Below, in pieces: positions 37,425 to 44,905 of a stretch of 64,000 bases of DNA. The DNA lies in the NCBI RefSeq assembly GCF_035697785.1, contig NZ_DASSCL010000012.1:736-64735 (forward strand), in the 5' to 3' direction. A program made the translations under genes and the position numbers. The notes under the pieces are model-generated. The model did no database searches and was not told the DNA's origin. It was given only the letters and a program-made list of their open reading frames with translations. The DNA comes from Nocardioides sp. GTDB lineage: Bacteria > Actinomycetota > Actinomycetes > Propionibacteriales > Nocardioidaceae. The stretch's first letter is position 1. Each line of letters begins with the position of its first letter.

Positions 37425-38786
37425 ATGCCGGCCCCGACCGGCCTCCCAGCAACCGACTTCCCGAGGGGTCGCACCGTGGCACGTCCTGACCAGAAGCCTG
37501 GTCGCCGCCGCGCCCCCGAGCCCAAACGGCGTCTCGACCGCAGGGCGGCCGCCCGCGAGCCGCGCCGAGCCGAGGTCGGTCGTGCCTCGACCCCTCCGGC
37601 CGGCGGCGGCACGTCGACCTCGACGCCCGCGGCGACCGTCCCGCCCGCCTCCGTCCAGCCGACCCAGCCGCCTCCCGGGTCCGTTGCGGCCCCGGGTCAG
37701 CGTCCGCTCGAGCTGCACCCCGACGTCCCTCTCGTGCCGGGACCGACGGCCACGTCTCCCGAGATCCCCGACCACACGCAGAAGCGCACCCGGTGGCGAG
37801 CGATCTCGCACGGCGGGCTGACGGTCGGATGGCTGGTCGTCACGCTGGCGGCACTGGCCGCGCTGCTCACCGGCTGGGTCGACGTCGAGCTGCCCTCGTG
37901 GCTCGAACCGTGGCTGCCGCTCGCCGGCGCGGTCGTGGTGACCACGACCTACGCGTTCACGCTCGCCGTCCGCACCGGCGGCCGGCCGTTGCTCACCCTG
38001 CTGCTCGCCGCCGGGCTCTCCACGGGGGCGGTGGTCAGCGGTGTCCCGGTGCTCCTCGCCGCCGCGACGGTGGTGACCGCGGCCATGGGTGCGGTGCTCG
38101 GCGTCGTCGTGACCGTGCCGGCGGCCAAGTACGTCGCCGTGGTGCGCGAGTGCCTGATCGCCACCTTCGTCGCGGCCGTCGCGGCCTTCGCCGCCAACGC
38201 CTACGGCGCCAGGATCTCGGTCGAACGCAGCGAGTACCTCGCCCTGGCGCTGGCCCTGCTCGGCACGCTGGCCCTCGTCTACCGGCTCGGCGCCGGGTTC
38301 CAGGGCCTCGGCACCCGCGGCGCTGTCGTCGTGGTCGGCGGGCTCGGCCTGCTCGCGGTCTCGCTCGCCTACACCGAGGCGCTGACCCGGTGGGGGTCCA
38401 CGGAGATGATCGAGAGCCTGGAGACGACGTGGTCGGGGCTGCGGGACACGTTCGGCGCGGTGCCCCGACCGCTCGAGGCGCTGCTGGGCTTCCCCGCCCT
38501 CGCGTGGGGCATCTCCACGCGAGCCCGCCGTCGGCAGGGCTGGTGGCCGTGCGCGTTCGGCGCCGCCGGGCTGGCCGGCATCGCCACCAGCCTGCTCGAC
38601 CCACGGGTCACGTTGATGGAGGCCGGCCTGCAGCTGGCCTACGGCCTGGTGATCGGGCTCGTGCTCGGCTACCTCGTCGTACGCGTCGACGCGTACCTGT
38701 CCGGCACCCGCGGTGCGCGGGCCCGGCGCGCCGAGGAAGCGACCGCGCACCGTCCCGAGCCGCGTCGCACCGCCGCCCTGCTCTGA
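37425..38786 (+). CDS. Multi-pass membrane hypothetical protein
   Basis: Pro/Arg-rich N-terminus followed by about 10 hydrophobic segments; start uncertain. Confidence 0.7.
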   Translation: MPAPTGLPATDFPRGRTVARPDQKPGRRRAPEPKRRLDRRAAAREPRRAEVGRASTPPAGGGTSTSTPAATVPPASVQPTQPPPGSVAAPGQRPLELHPDVPLVPGPTATSPEIPDHTQKRTRWRAISHGGLTVGWLVVTLAALAALLTGWVDVELPSWLEPWLPLAGAVVVTTTYAFTLAVRTGGRPLLTLLLAAGLSTGAVVSGVPVLLAAATVVTAAMGAVLGVVVTVPAAKYVAVVRECLIATFVAAVAAFAANAYGARISVERSEYLALALALLGTLALVYRLGAGFQGLGTRGAVVVVGGLGLLAVSLAYTEALTRWGSTEMIESLETTWSGLRDTFGAVPRPLEALLGFPALAWGISTRARRRQGWWPCAFGAAGLAGIATSLLDPRVTLMEAGLQLAYGLVIGLVLGYLVVRVDAYLSGTRGARARRAEEATAHRPEPRRTAALL

Positions 38787-38852
38787 CCCCCGCGGCGGCT
38801 CGCCAACGGCACCTGGGGGCAGGCGTCCGGACCTCGGTGTAGCGTCGCCGCC

Positions 38853-39089
38853 ATGGCGCGTGAACCTCGCACAGCGGACATCGTCGCGGAGATGGTTGCC
38901 AACGTGATGACGGTCGCCGTCGAGCCCGGCGACTCCGTCGCGGCCGGCGACACCGTGGTGCTGCTCGAGTCGATGAAGATGGAGATCCCGGTGCTCGCCG
39001 AGCATCCGGGCACGGTCAGCGCCGTCAAGGTGTCGTCCGGCGATGTCGTCCAGGAGGGCGACATCCTGGTCTCCCTCGACCTGGTCTGA
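38853..39089 (+). CDS. Stand-alone biotin/lipoyl carrier protein
   Basis: LESMKMEIPV biotinylation motif. Confidence 0.9.
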   Translation: MAREPRTADIVAEMVANVMTVAVEPGDSVAAGDTVVLLESMKMEIPVLAEHPGTVSAVKVSSGDVVQEGDILVSLDLV

Positions 39090-39171
39090 CCGGCCGCGCT
39101 CCCAGGACCTGCCCACGATCCGGACCCCCGGGGCATACACTCCCCTGCGTGCACCGGGCCACCGGTGTCAC

Positions 39172-39260
39172 GGAGGGGTGCCGGAGTGGCCGATCGGAAC
39201 CGCCTTGAAAGCGGTCGCTGGCAGAGATGTCAGCCGCGGGTTCGAATCCCGCCCCCTCTG
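39172..39260 (+). tRNA. tRNA-Ser(TGA)
   Basis: Acceptor GGAGGGG/CCCCTCT, anticodon arm ACCGC-CT-TGA-AA-GCGGT, long variable arm, GGTTCGAATCC; CCA not encoded. Confidence 0.95.
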
Positions 39261-39322
39261 CGCAGCCCGGCTCCACGCCGGCGCATCTGGCGGCTCGGGG
39301 GAGTGCGCCTGGAAAGGACCAG

Positions 39323-40081
39323 ATGGCACGGCGCAGGATCTTCGCGCTGGGTGGCGGCGGCTTCTCGATGGAGCCCGACAACCCGGTGCTGGACGACTAT
39401 TTGCTCAAGCTCTCCGGAGCGTCCCGCCCCAAGGTGTGCTTCGTGCCCACGGCGAGCGGCGACTCACCGGAGTACGTCGAGGCGTTCCACGACGCGCTGG
39501 GAGACCGGGCCGAGACGAGCGTGCTCTGGCTGTTCACGCGGGAGCAGGAGGACCTGAGGCGGCTCGTGCTCGCGCAGGACATCCTGTACGTCGGAGGGGG
39601 CAGCACGGCCAACCTGTTGGCGGTGTGGCGCACCCACGGACTGCCCGAGATCCTCGCCGAGGCGGCCGAAAACGGGACCGTCCTCGCTGGCATCAGCGCG
39701 GGCATGAACTGCTGGTTCGAGGCCTCGGTCACCGACTCGTTCGGGCCCGGCCTCGCCCCGCTGCACGACGGCCTCGGCTTCGTGCCCGGCAGCGCCTGCC
39801 CGCACTACGACGGTGAGGAGATGCGGGCGGGCACCTACCGGGACCTGGTCGCGGCAGGGTTCCCGTCGGGGTACGCCGCGGACGACGGCTGCGGCCTGCT
39901 GTTCGAGGACGGCCGGCTCGCCGACGTGGTCTCCTCACGCGTCGGGGCGGACGGCTACCGGGTCGAGGTGACGGCCAACGGGGTGACCGAGACGCCGCTC
40001 GAGGCGACGTTCCTCGGAGTGGCGCAGCCGCGCAGGACGGGCTACTCGGACCCGCCGAGCTCCAGCGAGACGCTGTCGTAG
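39323..40081 (+). CDS. Peptidase E (S51 family)
   Basis: GGGGFSME, PTASGD, YVGGGST, GISAG, CPHYD. Confidence 0.9.
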   Translation: MARRRIFALGGGGFSMEPDNPVLDDYLLKLSGASRPKVCFVPTASGDSPEYVEAFHDALGDRAETSVLWLFTREQEDLRRLVLAQDILYVGGGSTANLLAVWRTHGLPEILAEAAENGTVLAGISAGMNCWFEASVTDSFGPGLAPLHDGLGFVPGSACPHYDGEEMRAGTYRDLVAAGFPSGYAADDGCGLLFEDGRLADVVSSRVGADGYRVEVTANGVTETPLEATFLGVAQPRRTGYSDPPSSSETLS

Positions 40082-40401
40082 ACCAGGTCGTTGAGGTGCT
40101 GCCGGTAGCGCTCCAGGGCGCCCACCAACTTGGTCAGCTCGAGGCGGACGGCCTCGACGTCGTGGGACTCGAGCACTGCGGGCCCCAGGTCGGTGAGACG
40201 CTGGAGCAGCGCGGTGCGCTCCCGATGGAGGGCCGACTCGCGGCTGGCCAGCCAGGCCTCGCCGCCGCGGGCCCCCTCGGGGGCGAGGGCGTCCTTGACG
40301 GCGGACATGCGGTGCCGCACCAGCCAGCGCCACATGTGTTGACGACGAGGGGTGTCGAGGGCCTGCTGCAGCCCCTGGATCGCGCTCTCGAGACCAGTCA
40401 T
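40042..40401 (-). CDS. Conserved helical hypothetical protein
   Basis: WRWLVRHRM...DLVYDSVSLELGGSE; GAGGT RBS. Confidence 0.65.
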   Translation of the reverse strand: MTGLESAIQGLQQALDTPRRQHMWRWLVRHRMSAVKDALAPEGARGGEAWLASRESALHRERTALLQRLTDLGPAVLESHDVEAVRLELTKLVGALERYRQHLNDLVYDSVSLELGGSE

Positions 40402-40519
40402 CGCGACCACCTCTAAGCAGTGTGGGGGATTCCGAGTGTGAACCCGCCCCCATGGTTGTGACAAGAGCCATCGGCGCCCCATTTGGCGCTCAGGCGGGCC
40501 GACGGGTTGAATCGACGCC

Positions 40520-40984
40520 ATGACCGGCATCGACCCCTCCGACTATCGGCTATCGGGACCGTTCGCCGTCCGGATGTTGGGGCTCGTCCTCGCGATCGGG
40601 GGCGGTCTGGTGCTGCTCGCCGCCGCGCTCGTGGTGCTGCTGTCCTGGCCCGCCGCAGTGCTCTCGACGGCGCTCGTCGTCGCGGTGCTCGGCCTGCTGG
40701 TGGCCGGGTTGGGGCTGGCCCGGCGGGCGACCGTCGTACGGCTCGACGAGACCGGCTACACCGTGCGCTTCGTGCGTGGCGCCGGGGTGCGGTCCGGCCG
40801 GTGGAAGGACGTCGAGGACGTCGTCGCGACCAGGCTCGAGGGCACCCGGTGCGTGGTGCTGCGCCGCCGCGACGGGCGCACCACCACCATCCCCGTCGAC
40901 ATCCTCGCCGCGCCCGCTGACGACTTCGTCCGGGACCTGCAGCGGCACCTGAACCGGGGTCACGGCTACCGTCCGGTCGCCTGA
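40520..40984 (+). CDS. Small membrane protein (2 TM segments plus PH-like C-terminal domain)
   Basis: Two hydrophobic helices, then VRLDETGY, WKDVEDV. Confidence 0.65.
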   Translation: MTGIDPSDYRLSGPFAVRMLGLVLAIGGGLVLLAAALVVLLSWPAAVLSTALVVAVLGLLVAGLGLARRATVVRLDETGYTVRFVRGAGVRSGRWKDVEDVVATRLEGTRCVVLRRRDGRTTTIPVDILAAPADDFVRDLQRHLNRGHGYRPVA

Positions 40985-41069
40985 CGACACGGGCGTTCCG
41001 GGCGGCGGTTGAACGCTCGGGCCGATTGGATCCGCTCGCGACCCGACCGGTAGCCTGTGCTCGCTGTCT

Positions 41070-41162
41070 GGAGGTGTCGCCTAGTCCGGTCTATGGCGCC
41101 CGCCTGCTAAGCGGGTTGAGGGCAAACCCCTCTCGCGGGTTCAAATCCCGCCACCTCCGCCA
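41070..41162 (+). tRNA. tRNA-Ser(GCT)
   Basis: GGAGGTG/CACCTCC acceptor, CCCGC-CT-GCT-AA-GCGGG, long variable arm, GGTTCAAATCC, encoded CCA. Confidence 0.95.
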
Positions 41163-41167
41163 GTCAC

Positions 41168-41206
41168 ACGCGCGGCCTCGCCCCTCATGGTGCGGGGCCG
41201 TGCGTC
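41168..41206. terminator. GC-rich hairpin after tRNA-Ser(GCT)
   Basis: ACGCGCGGCCTCGC...GCGGGGCCGTGCGT between convergent transcripts. Confidence 0.5.
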
Positions 41207-42761
41207 ACTCCGAGCCCTGCGCCTCCGACTCCGGATCGTCGAGGGTGATCTCGGTGTAGTCGCCGACGACCAGCTCGCCGGTCGTGCGCACCACCACCGG
41301 CTGCACCCCCGCCGGCCGTCCGTCGCGGTAGGTGACCAGGGTGACCTGGGCGTCGCGGCGAAGCTTGCTGCCGATGGCGACCGCGAACGCCGCGCCGCCG
41401 GTGGTGCCGTTGGTGTAGGTCCAGCCGCTGCGGCCGTTCTCGCCGATCACCTCGCTCGGGCCCACCTGCACGTGCAGGTGGCCGCCGAGGACGAGGTCCA
41501 CGCAGCCCCGGGCCAGCGCCTCCCGGCCGCTGTTCGCGTCGTGCACCAGCAGCGTGGACACCCGCTCGCCGCCGGCGTCCTGCTCGCAGGCCAGGTCGGC
41601 CAGCAGGCCGCTCTGCTCGGCGAAGGAGATGCCACGCTCGTCGCGCCAGCTGCCCAGGCCACTGCTGCGTACGTCGCTGGCGCCCAGCAGCCGGATGCCG
41701 CCCGGGCCGTCCACGACCTCGCCCTTGAGGGTGGTGAAGCCGAGCTTCTCGAGGTGCTCGACCACGAAGTCGCCGTTGTCGTGGTTGCCGGCGATCGCGT
41801 AGCGGTCGTCCATGTCGGCGAACGCCTCGTCGAGCGACTCGAGGCTGAACGCCTCCCACGAGCTGCCGGTCGACGTGTCGTCGCCCGCGTCGAGGAGGAA
41901 CGTCGCCCCGCCCGCGTCCGCGATCGCCCGGGCGACCGGGTCCATGCCCACGTTGTCGTGGCGGTCGCTGACCAGCAGTCCGACCACCTCACCCTCCTCC
42001 GGCGTGCGCAGCTGGGCCGTCAGGGCCGGGGCGGCCTCGACGATGCCGCGGTAGAAGTCGAGGCTCTTGCGGTAGGTGTCGAGCGCGCTCTCGACGAGCC
42101 GACGGGTGCCGCTGGTGATCAGGCCCGACTCCACCTGGATGGCGGCCGCCTCGGCCGGGATCACCAGATCGGGCACCGCCTCCTGCAGGGGGACCCAGCT
42201 CCCGGTCTCGACGGCCGGCTCGTCGTCACGGATCACGACGACGGACCCCGCGACCACGGCCAGGCCGAGGAGGGCGAACGCCGTCCGGCGTACGTTCCAG
42301 GGGTGGGCCAGCTGGCGCCAGCGTTCGCGACCGACCAGCAGCACCAGGGCCGGCGCGAGCAGTCCGCCGAGGGCGCCCATGATCGCGCTGTCCACGGCGA
42401 GGTCGGCCAGCGTGGACCGGACCTTCGCGACCTGACCCTCCGGCTGGCTGGCGATGAACGCGTAGCGCTCGATCAGCGCCTCGTAGCTGCTCAGCTCGGT
42501 GGCGCCCAGGTCGATCGAGGCGCCCAGCCGCCCGCCGGTGGGCAGCCGGAAGCTCGGGATGTAGGGACCCAGGTCGAGGGTCGCGTAGCCGTCGACGGTG
42601 GGCCGGACCGTGGCGTTGTGGCCGGCGACCACGGTGCTCCGTGAGCCGGTGAGGAACAGCGCGACGGCCAGCGGGACGGCGAGCAGCAGCCAGGAGAGGC
42701 TGAGGGCTACCAGGTGCCGCCGGCTGGTGCGCGGGCGGCGGAACCGTCCCGACCAGCGCAT
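41205..42761 (-). CDS. Membrane-anchored metallophosphoesterase (calcineurin-like)
   Basis: SDRHD, AGDDT, GNHD, LVHD, GGHLH motifs; N-terminal TM segments. Confidence 0.85.
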   Translation of the reverse strand: MRWSGRFRRPRTSRRHLVALSLSWLLLAVPLAVALFLTGSRSTVVAGHNATVRPTVDGYATLDLGPYIPSFRLPTGGRLGASIDLGATELSSYEALIERYAFIASQPEGQVAKVRSTLADLAVDSAIMGALGGLLAPALVLLVGRERWRQLAHPWNVRRTAFALLGLAVVAGSVVVIRDDEPAVETGSWVPLQEAVPDLVIPAEAAAIQVESGLITSGTRRLVESALDTYRKSLDFYRGIVEAAPALTAQLRTPEEGEVVGLLVSDRHDNVGMDPVARAIADAGGATFLLDAGDDTSTGSSWEAFSLESLDEAFADMDDRYAIAGNHDNGDFVVEHLEKLGFTTLKGEVVDGPGGIRLLGASDVRSSGLGSWRDERGISFAEQSGLLADLACEQDAGGERVSTLLVHDANSGREALARGCVDLVLGGHLHVQVGPSEVIGENGRSGWTYTNGTTGGAAFAVAIGSKLRRDAQVTLVTYRDGRPAGVQPVVVRTTGELVVGDYTEITLDDPESEAQGSE

Positions 42762-42813
42762 GCGCCGAGCATAGTTAGCGGTTCCGATACCGGACTCGGT
42801 TGGGGTCTGGCGC

Positions 42814-42835
42814 TGGTTGCACAATTACGCAACCA
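42814..42835. promoter_or_regulatory. 22-bp palindrome, candidate regulator-binding box
   Basis: TGGTTGC-ACAATTAC-GCAACCA in an AT-richer 330-bp divergent intergenic region. Confidence 0.4.
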
Positions 42836-43091
42836 TAGATGACGTTCAGTCCGCTCCGCGCTCGGGCCTTCGGTACGGATTGTCCGGTTCGTGGCGATTT
42901 CACGGTCCGCTCGGGCGCTGGGTGCAGTATGACCCATCGCAGTGCTCGGCGTCCCGAAATCGTCGGTTTTGCAGAAACGTGCAGTGCATACTCCTGCGGG
43001 TACTTTTTGTGGCCCGCGTCGCATGGAGTAGCCGACACTAATAACAGACGGGAAACCGTCGAACCCCTGGGATTGAGAGCACGAGGTAAAG

Positions 43092-43373
43092 ATGACCAAG
43101 CGCACCGTAGCCAAGTTCGCCGCTGGCATGCTGCTGGCGTCGAGTGGCGTGGTTGCCGGCCTGGCCACCCCCGCTGTTGCAGTCGAAGACTCCGGCTGGA
43201 ACGGCACTCGCGTCGCCAAGACTTCCGACAGTGGTTGGAACGGCACCAAGGTCACGAAGGACAAGAAGCAGAAGGACGGCAAGGTACGCCGCGCCGTCAA
43301 GACGGACTCCGACAGCGGCTGGAACGGCACCCGCGTCGGCACCACCTCGGACTCGGGCTGGAACGGCACGTAG
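43092..43373 (+). CDS. Secreted precursor peptide with four DSGWNGT repeats (candidate signalling peptide)
   Basis: GAGGT RBS; Sec-type signal peptide ending AVA; cores at 43188, 43227, 43311 and 43350; the last core ends at the stop codon. Confidence 0.85.
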   Translation: MTKRTVAKFAAGMLLASSGVVAGLATPAVAVEDSGWNGTRVAKTSDSGWNGTKVTKDKKQKDGKVRRAVKTDSDSGWNGTRVGTTSDSGWNGT

Positions 43374-43415
43374 TCCGACAGACGCCGGCAGGCGTCGACC
43401 CCACAAACGCGGTTT

Positions 43416-43565
43416 GGCCCACCTCCCCCCCGGGCCTGATCGCCACAGAGGCTGAGACGAGGACGAACGAGTCAACCCCCCCGGCAGTTCGATCCCAGCG
43501 CCATCCCCCCGGCCCGTCTCAACCGCGATGCGAGGGCAGTTATCGTCAGGGTGACTGCCCTCGCA
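43416..43565 (+). ncRNA. Candidate C-rich-loop (6C-like) structured RNA downstream of the peptide gene
   Basis: Three C6-7-GG tracts in stem-loops; two of them enclosed by TGAGACG/CGTCTCA; ends in a 16-bp hairpin. Confidence 0.5.
43529..43565 (+). terminator. Strong hairpin, probable terminator
   Basis: TGCGAGGGCAGTTATC-gtcag-GGTGACTGCCCTCGCA (16 bp including G-U pairs). Confidence 0.65.
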
Positions 43566-43575
43566 CTCTGTCCAG

Positions 43576-43618
43576 CTCCCCCGTGCCGACGATCTCCCAA
43601 GGCGTCGACATGGGGGAG
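43576..43618. terminator. Second hairpin, possibly terminating the convergent regulator gene
   Basis: CTCCCCCGTG-cCGACG...CGTCGa-CATGGGGGAG. Confidence 0.5.
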
Positions 43619-43658
43619 TGGCATGTCCGGGCCCGCCGGGCGACCGGTACGACTCGCT

Positions 43659-44738
43659 TCAGCGCTCTCCGTCGGGGGTGGCGTCGAGCTCGCCGATCTC
43701 GACGTCCTCGCCCGGGGTGGCCGACGACGGTGTCGACCGCTGGCTGTCGTCGCGGCCCATCGCGTAGCCGAGCTGGAACCGGGTCTGCACGTCGTACTCG
43801 TCCTTGAGGGCGGCGATGTAGCCGGCGTAGGTGCGGGTGCTGACGCCGAGCCGCTTGGCACTGGCGGGGTCGCTGTGCCCCTCCACGAGCAGCCGGATCG
43901 TCATCGCTCGGACGTCCTCGGCGATGTGCCGCTCCGCCTGGGTACCGCTGACCGTGAACGGCTGCCCGCGCTCCCAGGCCCGCTCGAAGATGTCGACAAG
44001 GTAGGCGATCAGCGACTTCTCGTAGATCGCGATCGCGACCTCGTGGTTGTCCGAGGCGGGCACGACGGCCACCTGCCGGTCGCAGACGATCAGCCGGCGG
44101 AAGAACTCGTCGAGGGTGCGCACCTCGGCGCCATGGGCGGTGATGTCGGCGACGTACTCGCGGGTGGCGGGGCTGTGCCGTGCGGAGTGCTGGTAGAGCG
44201 TGCGCATCCGGGCGCCGCGGTTGAGCAGCTTGACGTCGCGCTCCTCGGCCACTGCGAGGGTGCCGGCCGGCCGGCGGCCCAGCGGCTGGGCGGTGAGCAT
44301 CTCGGTCCGGGTGTCGTTGACCGCGGCGGCGAGGAAGTTGTTGATGTTGTCGAGGCCGTGGATCTCGGTGATCGGGTTGACCGCTGCTCGCGGGGAGGTG
44401 CGGAACACCTGGCCGAGCTCGCTGAAGGCGTCCGCCCAGCGGGCGGACTCCGCGAGCAGGTCGGCACCCTGCTGGCCGAGCGGTACGACGATCTGGGCCT
44501 GGACGGCGGCCGGGTCGGTCGGCACGTAGCGGCGGGCGGTCTCGTCGTGGCGGAGCAGGCCGATGTCGAGGAGCAGGTCGAGGGCGGGCCGGACCCCGTC
44601 ATCAGCGAGACGTGGGTCGTCCTCCGTGAGCCAGCCGTGGGCGACGGCGTTGCTGTAGATCCGGGCGGCGCCCGTCTCGAGCAGGTGCCGGTCCTCGGCG
44701 CCGTACGTGCCGCGGGGAGCTCCCGACTCTCTGGTCAC
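43659..44738 (-). CDS. TrmB-like/LuxR-HTH transcriptional regulator
   Basis: Central RMRTLYQHSAR...RRLIVCDRQVAVV...FERAWERG domain; C-terminal LLVEGHSDPASAKRLGVSTRTY...TRFQLG LuxR HTH; CATACT -10 box 7 nt upstream of the GTG. Confidence 0.85.
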   Translation of the reverse strand: MTRESGAPRGTYGAEDRHLLETGAARIYSNAVAHGWLTEDDPRLADDGVRPALDLLLDIGLLRHDETARRYVPTDPAAVQAQIVVPLGQQGADLLAESARWADAFSELGQVFRTSPRAAVNPITEIHGLDNINNFLAAAVNDTRTEMLTAQPLGRRPAGTLAVAEERDVKLLNRGARMRTLYQHSARHSPATREYVADITAHGAEVRTLDEFFRRLIVCDRQVAVVPASDNHEVAIAIYEKSLIAYLVDIFERAWERGQPFTVSGTQAERHIAEDVRAMTIRLLVEGHSDPASAKRLGVSTRTYAGYIAALKDEYDVQTRFQLGYAMGRDDSQRSTPSSATPGEDVEIGELDATPDGER

Positions 44739-44764
44739 GGGCGCAAGTATGCCGCCTGCCGCAA

Positions 44765-44802
44765 CGGCGAGGGCCCCACCCTGTCGGATGGGGCCCTCGT
44801 CG
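44765..44802 (-). terminator. Hairpin downstream of pckG
   Basis: CGGCGAGGGCCCCA...TGGGGCCCTCGTCG. Confidence 0.55.
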
Positions 44803-44820
44803 TACGGCGGATGCGTTACA

Positions 44821-44901
44821 TCCCGCGGCAATCTGGCGGTTCCCGTGGTGACTTCGCCACGGGGGGCGGGCAATTCACTGGGGACCCAGTGAATTGGCCC
44901 C
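44821..44901. repeat. 81-bp palindromic REP-like element, family 1, copy C (inverted)
   Basis: Contains CAATTCACTGGGGACCCAGTGAATTG; about 67/81 identity to copy A. Confidence 0.8.
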
Positions 44902-44905
44902 CCGG

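Noticed and set aside
39323-40401. 40-bp 3' overlap of peptidase E with the convergent gene as antisense regulation
   Set aside because: Short convergent overlaps are common in high-GC genomes and there is no further evidence.
42707-43369. Minus-strand ORF with VPFQP repeats
   Set aside because: It is the antisense shadow of the DSGWNGT gene, which has the RBS, the signal peptide and the synonymous-variation pattern.
43188-43370. Repeats read as a mini CRISPR array or as a classical RiPP cluster
   Set aside because: The repeats are in frame, vary at synonymous sites and have irregular spacers; no cas genes and no radical SAM, YcaO, LanM or lasso enzymes are nearby. Modification by enzymes encoded elsewhere cannot be excluded.
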